Shown: piece by piece, positions 1 to 11,639 of the stretch
How positions within the stretch are numbered: position 1 is the stretch's first letter
Layout of the letters: every line of letters starts with the position of its first letter
From: Malacoraja senta
Lineage: Eukaryota
Direction: 5' to 3'
Length of the DNA: 64,000 nt
Assembly (NCBI GenBank): GCA_038087875.1
Contig: CM076000.1
Coordinates: forward strand, 1,054,001-1,118,000
Translations under genes and position numbers: made by a program
The notes under the pieces: model-generated
Databases searched by the model: none
What the model saw: only the letters and a program-made list of their open reading frames with translations
Told to the model about the DNA's origin: nothing

Positions 1-109
1 GATTATGTGGTAATATGACTCAACTCCAGCCAAAAGATCGTTGTTATTTTGCCTCTTAATCTATTACCAAGTCACAATATATGCAATACTGCTAACCTAG
101 TTCAAATGA

Positions 110-424
110 CTTCAAGTAACCCTTGCTTTCCCTCTCTTTCCCCATCCCTTCCCTTTCCCAGTTCTCTGACCAGTCTTACTGTCTCTGACAACATTTTATC
201 TCTGTCTGCTTTGTTGTTGCCTTCTCCCAGCTAACAATGATCTATTCTACATTTTCCTTGATCTCCATTTTCTTTGCCCTGTTTTCACACCTTGACTCTT
301 CCTTATCTATCTATCTATCTCTCACCTGACATCACTCTGAAGAAGGGTGTCGACCCGAAACGTCACCCATTCCTTCTCTCCAGAGATGCTGCCTGTCCCG
401 CTGAGTTACTCCAGCATTTTGTGT
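110..424 (+). mobile_element. Penelope-like element 3' end (pseudo-LTR) with hammerhead-like motif
   Basis: CTGAAGA-A-GGGT-GTCG-ACCC-GAAACGTC at 337-364; flanked by direct repeat CTAGTTCAAATGA (97-109, 425-437). Confidence 0.75.
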
Positions 425-489
425 CTAGTTCAAATGATATTTGATTGGCCTTCACCAAAGTGATCAGTTAAAATCTGATGGTGGGCAAG

Positions 490-1413
490 GTGGACAAAAA
501 TGCTGGAGAAACTCAGCGGGTGAGGCAGCATCTATGGAGCGAAGGAATCGATGACGTTTTGGGTCGAGACCCTTCTTCAGACTGATGTGGGGTGGGGCGG
601 GAAGAAGAAAGGAAGAAGCGGAGACTGGGCTGTGGGAGAGCTGGGAAGGGGAGGAGAAAGCAAGGACTATCTGTAATTGGAGAAGTCAATGTTCATACCG
701 CTGGGGTGTAAACTACCCAAGCGAAATATGAGGTGCTGCTCGCCCAATTTGCAGTGGGACTCACTCTGGCCAAGGAGGAGGCCCAGGACAGAAAGGTCGG
801 ATTCGGAATGGGAGGGGGAGTTGAAGTGCTGAGTCACCGGAAGATCAGGTTGGATAATGAGAACTGTGCGGAGGTGTTGGGTAAAGTGATCGCCAAGCCT
901 GCGCTTGGTCTCACCGATGTAGAGCAGTTGAAACCTAGAGCAGCGGATGCAATAGATGAGGTTGGAGGAGGTGCAGGTGAACCTCTGCCTCACCTGGAAA
1001 GACTACTTGGGTCCTTGGATGGAGTCGAGGGGAGAGGTAAAGCGACAAGTATAGCATTTCCTGCGGTTGCAAGGGAATGTACCAGGGTAGGGGGTGTTTT
1101 GGGTGGGAAGGGACAAATTGACCAAGGAGTTACGGAGGGAGAGGTCTCTGCAGAAAGCCAAAAGGAGAGATGGGAAGATGTGGCTAGTGGTGGGATCCCG
1201 TTGGAGGTGGCAAAAATGTCGGAGGATTATCTGTTGTATGTGACGGCTGGTAGGGTGGAAGGTGAGGACAAGGGGGACTCTGCTCTTACGAGTGGGGGGA
1301 AGGGGAGTGAGAACAGAGTTATGGGGTATAGAAGAGACCCTGGTGAGAACCTCATCTATAGTCGAAGAGGGGAACCCCCGTTCCCTAAAGAATGAGGACA
1401 TCTCCGATGCCCT
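490..1413 (-). mobile_element. Penelope-like retroelement fragment (RT thumb/linker plus GIY-YIG endonuclease)
   Basis: Minus-strand ORFs FFRERGFPSSTIDE...PLVLTFHP...C-x-x-x-x-C-x-x-C and FTCTSSNLIYCIRC...LYIGETKRRL...HFN; ends in the same pLTR family sequence. Confidence 0.9.
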
Positions 1414-2313
1414 GGTTTGTAAAATGTGTTTAGCATACACTGAAGTTCATCAGCGGAAAAACCAGAACAATATGTATTCCAGCATAGGTAGCCTGCCTGT
1501 GGTTCTAGCTTGTTTATGTTCATTTTCTCAGGGCTGTTGTGCACTGGCTCCCAGTGCACAGATTTGAGGTTCTCAATGCATTTCAAATGCTGCTTCTCTA
1601 CTTTGAGGCATCGTATTGAGAGATTGCCAGGATACAATAGAGATGTTGCATTTCTTCAAAGATGATTTCAACACAAACCTCAATCTTTTCCTCTGTTCAC
1701 TTTTTAAATTTAAACCCATGACAGAGTTTGGAATAATGTACCTGTTTCAGGAGGCTAGTTGGATATATGTATAAAGAAGCAAGCCAATTGAATGTAACAA
1801 GAACATTCGTGCTGAGAGTGTTAGCCCGAGAAAGGACACTCTTATAGATTTACTTTGTTGGTCAGCCTTGGTGTGATTTTTCCATTGTTCTGAGGTGCCT
1901 GCTGTAGGTAATCCTAGTCTCAGAACGTTATGAGATGCCAGGAATTGCTGCTGCCAGATGATTTGTGGTGTCTGAATTCTTGAACTTCAAACACCTCTTA
2001 TCTCATTTGATATAAGGTCACTTACTGAAAACAAGGGATGGGGGTAGGGGAAGATTTATAAAAATATTTTAAAAGATGCCTATTTTAAGACCGGAAACTT
2101 GACCTTAATGAAGGAACTTTAACCTAAGAAATTATCGCTGTTTTCCTTTTGCTAACTGTTTCTGAAATTTTCTGCTTTTATATGAGATTTCCATCATTAC
2201 TAGCTTGTTTATGTTCATCATGTAACAACAAGATTGTCTGGAAAACTTACAGGATTTCCTTTATAAATAATCAATGAATATTTTGCATGTTTCGAGCCTC
2301 AAATTTAATATAT

Positions 2314-3083
2314 CCGTATTTCCCGGCATCCAAGACGCTATTTTTTTACTCTAAAATAAGGCCTGAAAATTTACCTGTGTCTTGGAGGCTGAAGGTTAGG
2401 CCGAGCAATGCCACTTTCGTAGCAACTGCTCCGCGGAACCTGCCACGCATTCGACCCTGGAACTGTGTGAAGTGGGAAGTGGCTGTAAAAGGACAGCACT
2501 GCTGGGGGAGGGGAGGGGGAAGAGTTCCTTTCCACAGCGTGTGGGCAGTCTGGCCCGGGTCAGCACGGCCTGGGCTGCACAAAGTAGTAAACTTGGCTGG
2601 GCCGCCAGGGGTAAAGTTGCAGGGAGGGCAGGAGCGTTGAGAAGGAGGGGTCTGAGATCATGCCAACAACTCACTCACCGCTGCGTCCGGGGCACGGAGC
2701 CACCGCATTATGGCCGGGGTGGGAAGTAGCTCGGGTGGCTGCGAGCTACACAGGCGCAACCGGTGGAGGTGGTGGTTGGCAGGTCGCTACTGGGCGGAAG
2801 GCTGGCTGCTCCGTCCCGGGCTTCTCTCTCTCTCCCCGTTATGTGATCTCCCTGAGCCAGGAAGTCCCCGTCCCTCAGACCTGAACTCCACAGTGCATTG
2901 TGGGACAGGCAAAGATGGAGGCTCCCCAGTCCTCATTGCCTCCTTGAAGGTGTTTCACATCTTCCTTTCTACTGACTAAACCAAACCCTTGATCCTGTCC
3001 CACCAGCCTTTTTTCAAAATTTAGCAACTCAAAATGGGGGTGTGTCTTCGACGCAGGTGCGTCTTCATTGCCGGGAAATACGG
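2314..3083. mobile_element. Non-autonomous TcMar (Tc2/pogo-like) DNA transposon
   Basis: TIRs CCGTATTTCCCGGCATCCAAGACGC / GCGTCTTCATTGCCGGGAAATACGG, TA on the right flank, GC-rich non-coding interior. Confidence 0.75.
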
Positions 3084-3626
3084 TATGTGTATATTATTTA
3101 ATTCACACAGAATCTGATGGGAATGATGTATTCATGTATAATAATCTCCCCTGTCTCAATCCCAAACATATATACATTCTTTAGAACATCCATCAAAGTA
3201 TTTGTCTAAGCCTCCTTAGCTATGTTAATAAACAGAGCTAACTCTTCTGACCTATGTGGCAAGAGTGCTGAATTTCAGGGGAATTAAGTTATTGGGCAAC
3301 TTCGTAAAGAGCACAAAGAAAGATTCCCATGATTGGAATAAGCCATTAAGAGCTATGGTTGGCTACAATGAGCCGAATCTACATTTCAAAGCATGACAGA
3401 AATCTCTAACAGGTGGAAAATGCAAGAAGTGATGGACAATTGGCAGCATGTCAAATAGAAACTCTCATTTTGTTTTAGGTTTGGTACTATTCCCTTTAAA
3501 TATAAACAGTAGAGGATTTTTTTTAAGTCAACAGGGAACCACAGGCAGGCTACCTATGCTGGAATAAATATTGTTCTGGTTTTTCCGCTGATGAACTTCA
3601 GTGTATGCTAAACACATTTTACAAAC

Positions 3627-4157
3627 CAGGGCATCGGAGATGTCCTCATTCTTTAGGGAACGGGGGTTCCCCTCTTCGACTATAGATGAGGCTCTCACCA
3701 GGGTCTCTTCTATACCCCATAACTCTGTTCTCACTCCCCTTCCCCCCCCACTCGTAACAAGGGCAGAGTCCCCCTTTTCCTCACCTTCCACCCTACCAGT
3801 CGTCACATACAACAGATAATCCGCCGTCATTTTTGCCACCTCCAACGGGAACCCACCACTGGCCACATCTTCCCATCTCTCCTTTCGGCTTTCTGCAGAG
3901 ACCTCTCCCTCCGTAACTCCTTGGTCAATTTGTCCCTTCCCACCCAAAACACCCCCTACCCTGGTACATTCCCTTGCAACCACAGGAAATGTTACACTTG
4001 TGGATTTAACCCCCCCCCCCCCCCCCGACTCCATCCAAGGACCTAAGCAGTCTTTCCAGGTGCGGCAGAGGTTCACCTGCACCTCCTCCAACCTCATCTA
4101 TTGCATCCGCTGGTCTAGGTTTCAACTGCTCTACATCGGTGAGACCAAGCGCAGGCT
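3627..4157 (+). mobile_element. Second Penelope-like fragment, inverted copy of 896-1413
   Basis: Near-identical reverse complement; ORF 4000-4266 contains SSNLIYCIR...LYIGETKRRL. Confidence 0.88.
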
Positions 4158-5397
4158 ACTCGCACCTCACAATCTACTCACCCACTGCCCCATTGGGCAC
4201 CTGCTCATCTACGGAAGAATCTGTGGTTCCCATATTGGCCTCATCAACTTCTTCAAGAGTGCATAAGACCAGTATGAAAATAAGTCAGAAGGAACTCGGG
4301 AAACTACAGATGCTGGAATCTGGAGCAACAATCTGCTGGTGGTACTTAATGGGTCATGTGTGGAGAAAAATAGACAGTTGGATTTTTTGGGTGGGGACCT
4401 TCAACAGCTCTGAAAGAGAAGAAGTGAAATAACATGATGATTGGGGAAAGAACTGGCAAGTGATCGCTCCTAAGGCACTGTCTAAGAAGATGATGGTGGA
4501 AAATTCAACAATAGGCAGTAGAACATAACTTTCAATGCTGATGCTCAAATGTGACATCAAACACTTTTGTTGTGTCAACAATACTCTGGAAGGTTTTGTG
4601 ATGAGAAGTTTCATTGCTGAATTAGTAGCAATTTTTCAGCAATGCGAAGCAGAACCATTTTTCAAAGTGGGAAGTTAGTCTTCGTTCAGACCTCAAAAGC
4701 CAGTTGTTCCGATTAACTTTGTAGAGCTAATTAACCTGACAAATGACAAAAAAGTGTGAGCTAAATTTCTAGTTTCACCACCCAGATAGAGAATCCAGTT
4801 AAATAGCATTCAATTGTCATTACAACTTGTGGACACACTCCATCATCACTTTCTGCTTTAATGGCAATACATTTTGATTTTTAGCCAAATATCTCAGACA
4901 TTTATCTGAAATTATTGGACTTGAATTAGGGGATGGTAATATGGCTAAAAATGTTTTAAGACCATAAAATGTTCCTTCTTATCTCCTAACTTCAGAATGT
5001 ACTCCACTATATTTGTTGTCTTTGTTTTTTCCTAACTGATTAACATTAGGCATCCTGTAATAAAGTAATTCAATAGTGAGGATTCTTTGGGCTATTTTAG
5101 CATCTCTAGCAGCCAAATAATAAATGTGTTTGTGTATTTCTGCTCATTTTATGGAAGTAACTTCTGATTCAGTATGCTATTATATTTTTCTGCCATCCTG
5201 TTCTAATAGGGGTGATGATATAGGATAAATATAGAAGTGGTAGCTGCTTCTACAAATCAGAGATTAATGTAGCTCTGAATAGGCAAAAGCTTTTCATGAG
5301 ACCTAATCCGTAATCATTTCCAGTATTTTTCATAGAGATACATAGAGATAAAAACTCCTCCATTTGGATTCCTAAGCACATGGTTAATGTGTAGTTA

Positions 5398-7167
5398 CAG
5401 CGCCCTCCATAATGTTTGGGACAAAGACCCATCATTCATTTATTTGCCTCTGTACTCCACAATTTGAGATTTGTAATAGAAAAAATCACATGTGGTTAAA
5501 GTACACATTGTCAGATTTTAATAAAGGCCATTTTTATACAATTTGGTTTCTCCATGTAGAAATTACAGCAGTGTTTATAAATAGTCTCCCCATTTTAAGG
5601 CACCATAATGTTTGGGACACAGCAATATCATGTAAATGAAAGTAGTTACGTTTAATTTTTTGTTTCATATCCTTTGCATACAATGACTGCTTGAAGTCTG
5701 CGATTCATGGACATCACCAGTTGCTGGGTGTCTTCTCTGGTGATGCTCTGCCAGGCCTGTATTGCAGCCATCTTTAGCTTATGCTTGTTTTGGTGGCTAG
5801 TCCCCTTCAGTTTTCTCTTCAGCATATAAAAGGCATGCTCAATTGGGTTCAGATCGGTGATTAACTTGGCCACTCAAGAATTTACCATTTTTTTGCTTTG
5901 AAAAACTCCTTTGTTGCTTTAGTAGTATGTTTGGGATCATTGTCTTGCTGTAGAATGAACCGCCGGCCAATGAGTTTTGAGGCATTTGTTTGAACTTGAG
6001 CAGATAGGATGTGTCTATACACTTCAGAAGTCATTATGCTACTACCATCAGCAGTTGTATCATCAATGAAGATAAGTGAGCCAGTACCTTCAGCAGCCAT
6101 ACATACCCAGGCCATAACACCCCCACCACCATGTTTCACAGATGAGGTGGTATGCTTTGGATCGGGCAGTTCCTTCTCTACTCCATACTTTGCTCTTGCC
6201 ATCATTCAAATATGTTAATCTTCGTCTCATCTGTTCACAAGACCTTTTTTCCGGAACTGTGGTTGCTCTTTTAAGTACTTCTTGGCAAACAGTAACCTGG
6301 CCATCCTATTTTTGCAGCTAACCAGTGGTTTGCATCTTGCAGTGTAGCCTCTGTATTTCTGTTCATGAAGTCTTCTGCGGACAGTGGTCATTGACAAATC
6401 CACTCCTGAAGAGTGTTTCTGATCTGTCTGACAGGTATTTGGGGATTTTTCTTTATTCCAGAGAGAATTCTTCTGTCATCAGCTGTGGAGGTCTTCCTTG
6501 GCCTGCCAGTCCCCAGGCCTTATCAGAGGAGGGGGGCAACGAGTGCCATTTGGCATGGGTCTCATGCCTGTCTGCTTCAAAGGGATCTTGATTTGGGGGC
6601 CTCTAAAATTGAAATTGATCTGGGCCTCAGTTCATCTCTGAGAGGGCCTGCCAGTCCCTTTGCGATTAGTAAGCTCACCACTGCTCTCTTTCTTCTTAAT
6701 TATGTTCTAAACAGTTGATTTTGGTAAGCCTGTGGTTTGGCTGATGTCTCTAACAGTTTTCTTCTTGTTTCTCACTCATAATGGCTTCTTTGACTTTCAT
6801 TGGCACAACTTTGGTCCTTATGTTGATAAACAGCAATAAAAGTTTCCAAAGGTGATGGAAAGACTGTGTACTGAGAGCTCTCTTATACCTGCATTAAAGA
6901 GGCATTTAAACACACCTGAACAATTACAAACACCTGTGAAGCTATGTGGCCCAAATATTATGGTGCCCTGAAATGGAGGGACTATGTATAAACACAGCTG
7001 TAATTTCTACATGGTGATACCAAAATGTATAAAAATACACTAATAAAATCTGACAATGTGCACTTTAACCACATGGGATTTTTTTCTATTACAAAACTCA
7101 AATTATGGAGTACAGAAGCAAATAAATAAATGATGTGTCTTTGTTCCAAACATTATGGAGGGCACTG
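5398..7167 (-). mobile_element. Tc1-family transposon (IR-DR type), degraded transposase
   Basis: TA flanks; about 220-bp TIRs starting CAGYGCCCTCCATAATGTTTGG with an inner direct repeat (~5603); transposase fragments VKHGGGGVMAWVCM, FILQQDNDPKH, DLNPIEH. Confidence 0.93.
6514..6650. mobile_element. 137-bp hAT-type MITE nested in the Tc1 element
   Basis: TIRs CAGGCCTTATCAGAG / CTCTGAGAGGGCCTG; exact 8-bp TSD CCAGTCCC (6506-6513, 6651-6658). Confidence 0.85.
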
Positions 7168-7582
7168 TATTATCCATCTGTCATCTGATGGATATGGTAC
7201 CACATCCTTTCCACTTCAAAACGTTTGTTAATAATAGATTACGTTTACAAAAAAGGTTATTATGTTGCTTTGGTTAGTTTATATTTTTGGGTTGGCCATG
7301 TGCCTGACAAAGTTTAGTTTCAGAGATAGCATCAACCTGTTTTACCTGATCCTGCAAGAGACATCTTAAAATTATTTTTAACATATTCTATTATGTTTCA
7401 AGCTAAAGAGATTTATGCCAACAAAATACATCAATTCACAAGCACAGAGCTTCAAATCTTCTGAATTCTTTGAAGAAATTATGACTATTTTTCTCTCATG
7501 GATTTATCGTAATCATGTTAATTAGGCAACCAACCTGGAAAGCACTGGGCGGAAACACTGAATATAGTGAAATGGCCTGTCG

Positions 7583-9135
7583 CCAGTGCTGGATTTAGAT
7601 GAAGAGAGGCCCTAGGCTATTCCACTTGTGAGGCCCCTCCCAATCCCCCACCCCCACGACTAGAGGAAGATGGAAGAGTCCACCAAATTGACACCGATGT
7701 GCAGCATAGCGTGGCCAATGAGATAAGGGGCTGGAAAGCTGCACTTATTTATTTATTGCCAGTGCTAGTGTTGAGTTATCAGCTTAAAACACTATTATTC
7801 TGAAATGGAGGGCAAGGAAAATTACTGAAGTGTTGTTTAGAGACTACAGTGCGTTGTGACAGCATATGTAAGAAAGACCTATGACAGTGTCAAAAATATT
7901 ATACACCAGGCCCGTACGAAGCTTTTCAAAAAGGGGGGTGGCATGACAGGATTACAAAAAAAAATTATGTGAAATAAGTGCACGCAGAGCATATCACAAG
8001 CACAAAGCTCAAAGTCCCTTGCGGCCGGGGTCCAGGGCCCACTTAACGGCCCTGGAAGCTCTGGGGTTTTAGATGCTCTCTGGTGCATTGTGAGCCTTAT
8101 TTTGGAGCATTTTTGCACTAAATTTATGACCAATATTTCAGAAATAATTTTGGTTGAGTCAAGAGTAATGAGTGGGTGGAATGGGATGACTGGGGTTATT
8201 GTTGTATACATTTTTCTAAATCAAGAATTGAAGTTGCCCTTGTTTTAATAATCAAGTTGTACTGTAAAATGTTATGTAAAATGTTATAAAGGAGTATGCA
8301 AACACTGCAAATAAAACACTGTAAGTTTTTGCAGTAAATAAAACCTTTTTTTAGAAAATATTTTGTGTGTTGATTTGATTGCCTGTTACTGTTCGACTGT
8401 GTTAGTGTGTGCACATTAAAAATATGATGCAAAAAGAAAGTCACAAACTATGGAATTCATATTTTTCAGTATTGTTATCAAGGAAAATAAAGCAGTTCCA
8501 ATTGTTTGATATTATTCATATGGAGGAAAAAATATAATTGCTCTAAAATCTACCTTAATTTTGCAATCTCACTAAAAATAATCCCCCTTTCCCTCTCCCC
8601 CCCTCCTCCTTCCCCCTCCCTCTCCCTCCACCTCTCTCCCTCCCCATCTCTCTCTCCCCCCCTCCCCCTCTCTCCCTACTGTCTCTCCCCCCCTCTCACA
8701 TCCCCCCCTCTCCCTCCCTCCCACGCAGCGAGGCTCCGACTCCGCGCCGCAGACACCGCAGCCCCCCCGCCGGCCTGGAGAAACGGGCACTACCGCAACG
8801 CAATATTCCACTACTTACCTAGAGTAGACACGAGGCATCGAGGTAATTGTGTGGAGTGCAAATGGAGATCTGAACCTGCCCGGGCCCACTGCGCGGAGAG
8901 ACAGCGTCATTTTGCATCACCGGCTTCCCCCAACTGCGCACGCGCCGATGGTCGCAATCTTTTCCCCCCAAAAGCTCCAGCGGGCCGGAACCAGAATTTC
9001 GGGTAATTTCCGTCAAATTGGAAACGCTGATTGCGCTCCAATTTTTTTTTTTTTTATAGGGATTTTTTTTTACTCTGGGGAAACAAACACCTTGACCGGA
9101 GGCCCCCTAGATTTTGAGGCCCTAGGCTCCAATCC
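7583..9135. mobile_element. Probable composite non-autonomous DNA transposon remnants
   Basis: GAGGCCCTAGGCT/GAGGCCCC motifs near both ends; internal CAGGCCCGTAC... element at ~7907; no transposase. Family not resolved. Confidence 0.4.
8582..8722 (+). repeat. C/T-rich polypyrimidine low-complexity tract
   Basis: About 140 bp almost exclusively C and T. Confidence 0.9.
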
Positions 9136-10627
9136 ATCTATCTGTCTGCTGTTGCTGGCTTCCCTGACAACTCTTTCCTGATCCTGCTCTTTGATCCCAT
9201 TCTCTCCAAATGGTTCTATTAACGTCCCTGATTTAATCGTAATCTCCATGTGCTGGACCAGTCATCTCCTCCCCATTTTCCAAACATTGGGCTAATCTAC
9301 CTGAACCCCCCATGACATGGGCTCCCTACTGTATGTGTACTGTCGGCGAGTCGTGCATGGCGAGCTGCAGTCTAGATCGCCTGCTGCAGAACCGGTGGAA
9401 GGAAGCCACTGAGCCCGGCCCCCACTCGCCCTAGAAGACCGGGAGCCGGTGAAGAGGTGGAGTGAGACAGCGATGGATGCTGGACAAAGGGCGGTTAAGA
9501 AGAAGGCGGTTTTTGCCTTCAGCTCCCCAAGGTCAGCTGTGGGAAGCGCCCTCGGGGCAATAAGGTTGATGATGGCTGAGCAAGGAGAGGGACGACAGTT
9601 TGCGGGATAACTGGATGGAGGCAGCAGGTTATGGCCAGTTGCAGTTGGGACTGTGAAATTGTGCCATTTGGAATTCTAGTACATACTTGTTTAGGACATT
9701 TTGATTTGTGCATTTTAATTTCAGGCTTATTCTTATGCTGCAATCATTGGAAATGATCAAAGACAACGCATTTGAGGCTTTGTCATTCATTCCAAACTAG
9801 GTCAAACTGGTTGGTGGAACTGGATTTAATTTTAGTTTCGTATGTGAATCATTAAAATTATCAGCGTTTCTAGTTGGTGTGCAGTGACAATGTGAATACT
9901 GTTGCACTGTTTTAAACAAATTAGTTTTTCAGGTATATTTTATATTATAACAAAACAAAAAGTATGAAATTTTAAATAGCACATTGACCCACCTAAACCA
10001 CTCCTACAGCAAGGAAACAGGCCCTTTGGCTCACCAAGTCCACGCCAACCATAGATCACCCATTCACATTAGTTCTATGTTATCCCACTTTCCCTACACA
10101 TTAGGGGCAATTTACAAAGGCCAATTAAACTACAAACTCACCCATCTTTGGGATGGGGGAGAAAGCCGGAGCAACTGGAGGAATCTCATGGTCACATGGA
10201 GAACGTGCAAACTCCACACAGACAGCACCCAAGGTCAGGATCGAACCTGGGTTGTGAAGAACAGACCAGCAAGATCAAAGTTACTGTTCAATTGCCTACC
10301 AACAGCCACAGTACTGTACATTTGTCAGATGTAGCTCAGATGTGAAACATGTTTCTGAGGCAGATTATGGGTTCAGATCTCGACTCGCTGGAGTCAATTA
10401 GCTCCCAATATGCAGCACGGGTCAGCAAACTGTGAGATGTCAGCAGATTAAGACAGGAAGTTGATGTCAGATTGATATGATACACAAGACATATTGTCAT
10501 TGAGCGCCGATGAAGGCCCTGTGGCCCAATTTGCCCTTGATGACCAAGATGTCCCATCTACACTAGTCCCACCTGCCCATGTTTGGTCCATATCCCTCTA
10601 ACCCATTACTATCCATGTACCTGGTTT

Positions 10628-11235
10628 GTAACAAGAGGAATCGAATATAGGAGCAAAGAGGTCCTTCTGCAGTTGTACAGAGCCCTAGTGAGACCACACC
10701 TGGAGTATTGTGTGCAGTTTTGGTCCCCTAATTTGAGGAAGGACATTCTTGCTATTGAGGGAGTGCAGCGTAGGTTTACAAGGTTAATTCCCGGGATGGC
10801 AGGACTGTCATATGCTGAGAGAATGGAGCAGCTAGGGTTGTACACTCTGGAGTTTAGAAGGATGAGAGGGGATCTCATTGAAACATATAAGATTGTTAAG
10901 GGCTTGGACACACTAGAGGCAGGAAACATGTTCCCGATGTTCGGGGAGTCCAGAACCAGGGGCCACAGTTTAAGAATAAGGAGTAAGCCATTTAGAACGG
11001 AGACGAGGAAACACTTTTTCTCACAGAGAGTGGTGAGTGTGGAATTCTCTGCCTCAGAGGGCGATGGAGACAGGTTCTCTGGATGCTTTCAAGAGAGAGC
11101 TAGATAGGGCTCTTAAAAATAGCGGAGTCAGGGGATATGGGGAGAATGCAGGAACGGGGTACTGATTGGGGATGATCAGCCGTGATCACATTGAATGGCT
11201 CGAAGGGCCAAATGGCCTGCTCCTGCACCTATTGA
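10628..11235 (+). mobile_element. 5'-truncated CR1 LINE
   Basis: ORF LYRALVRPHLEYCVQFWSP...RTRGHSL plus CR1 3' tail. Confidence 0.9.
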
Positions 11236-11279
11236 TTATTACCTGTGCAAATGTCTTTTAAATGTTGTTAGAGTACTGT

Positions 11280-11550
11280 GCGGCACAGAGCCAGAGTTGC
11301 TGACTTACAGCGCCAGAGACCCGGGTTCGATCCTGACTATGGGAGCCGTCTGTGTGGAGTCCGTACGTTCTCCCCGTGACCTGCATGGATTTTCTCCGGG
11401 AGCTCCCGTTTCCTCCCACACTACAAAGACATATGGGTTAGTTGGAATTGACTTGATAAAATTGTAAAATGTCCATAGTGGGTGGGGCTCACTAGTGCGC
11501 TGAAAGGCCCAGGGCCTATTTTGTGCGTTGTCTCTCTAAACTAAACTAAA
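11280..11550 (+). mobile_element. V-SINE copy
   Basis: GAGACCCGGGTTCGATCCTGACT head and (CTAAA)n tail. Confidence 0.8.
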
Positions 11551-11639
11551 TTACCTGCCTTAACTATCTCATCTGGCAGCTCGTTCTATATACCCTTTGA
11601 TGAAAAAGGTGCCCCTTATCTTTCCTTTCTCTCCTTATC

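Noticed and set aside
733..1395. 220-aa + strand ORF (and 3528-4097 on the minus strand)
   Set aside because: Antisense shadow frames of the Penelope coding sequence.
8506..9181. Pro/Ser-rich ORFs and GC-rich patch as a gene or promoter
   Set aside because: Produced by a C/T low-complexity tract and GC-rich transposon-like interior.
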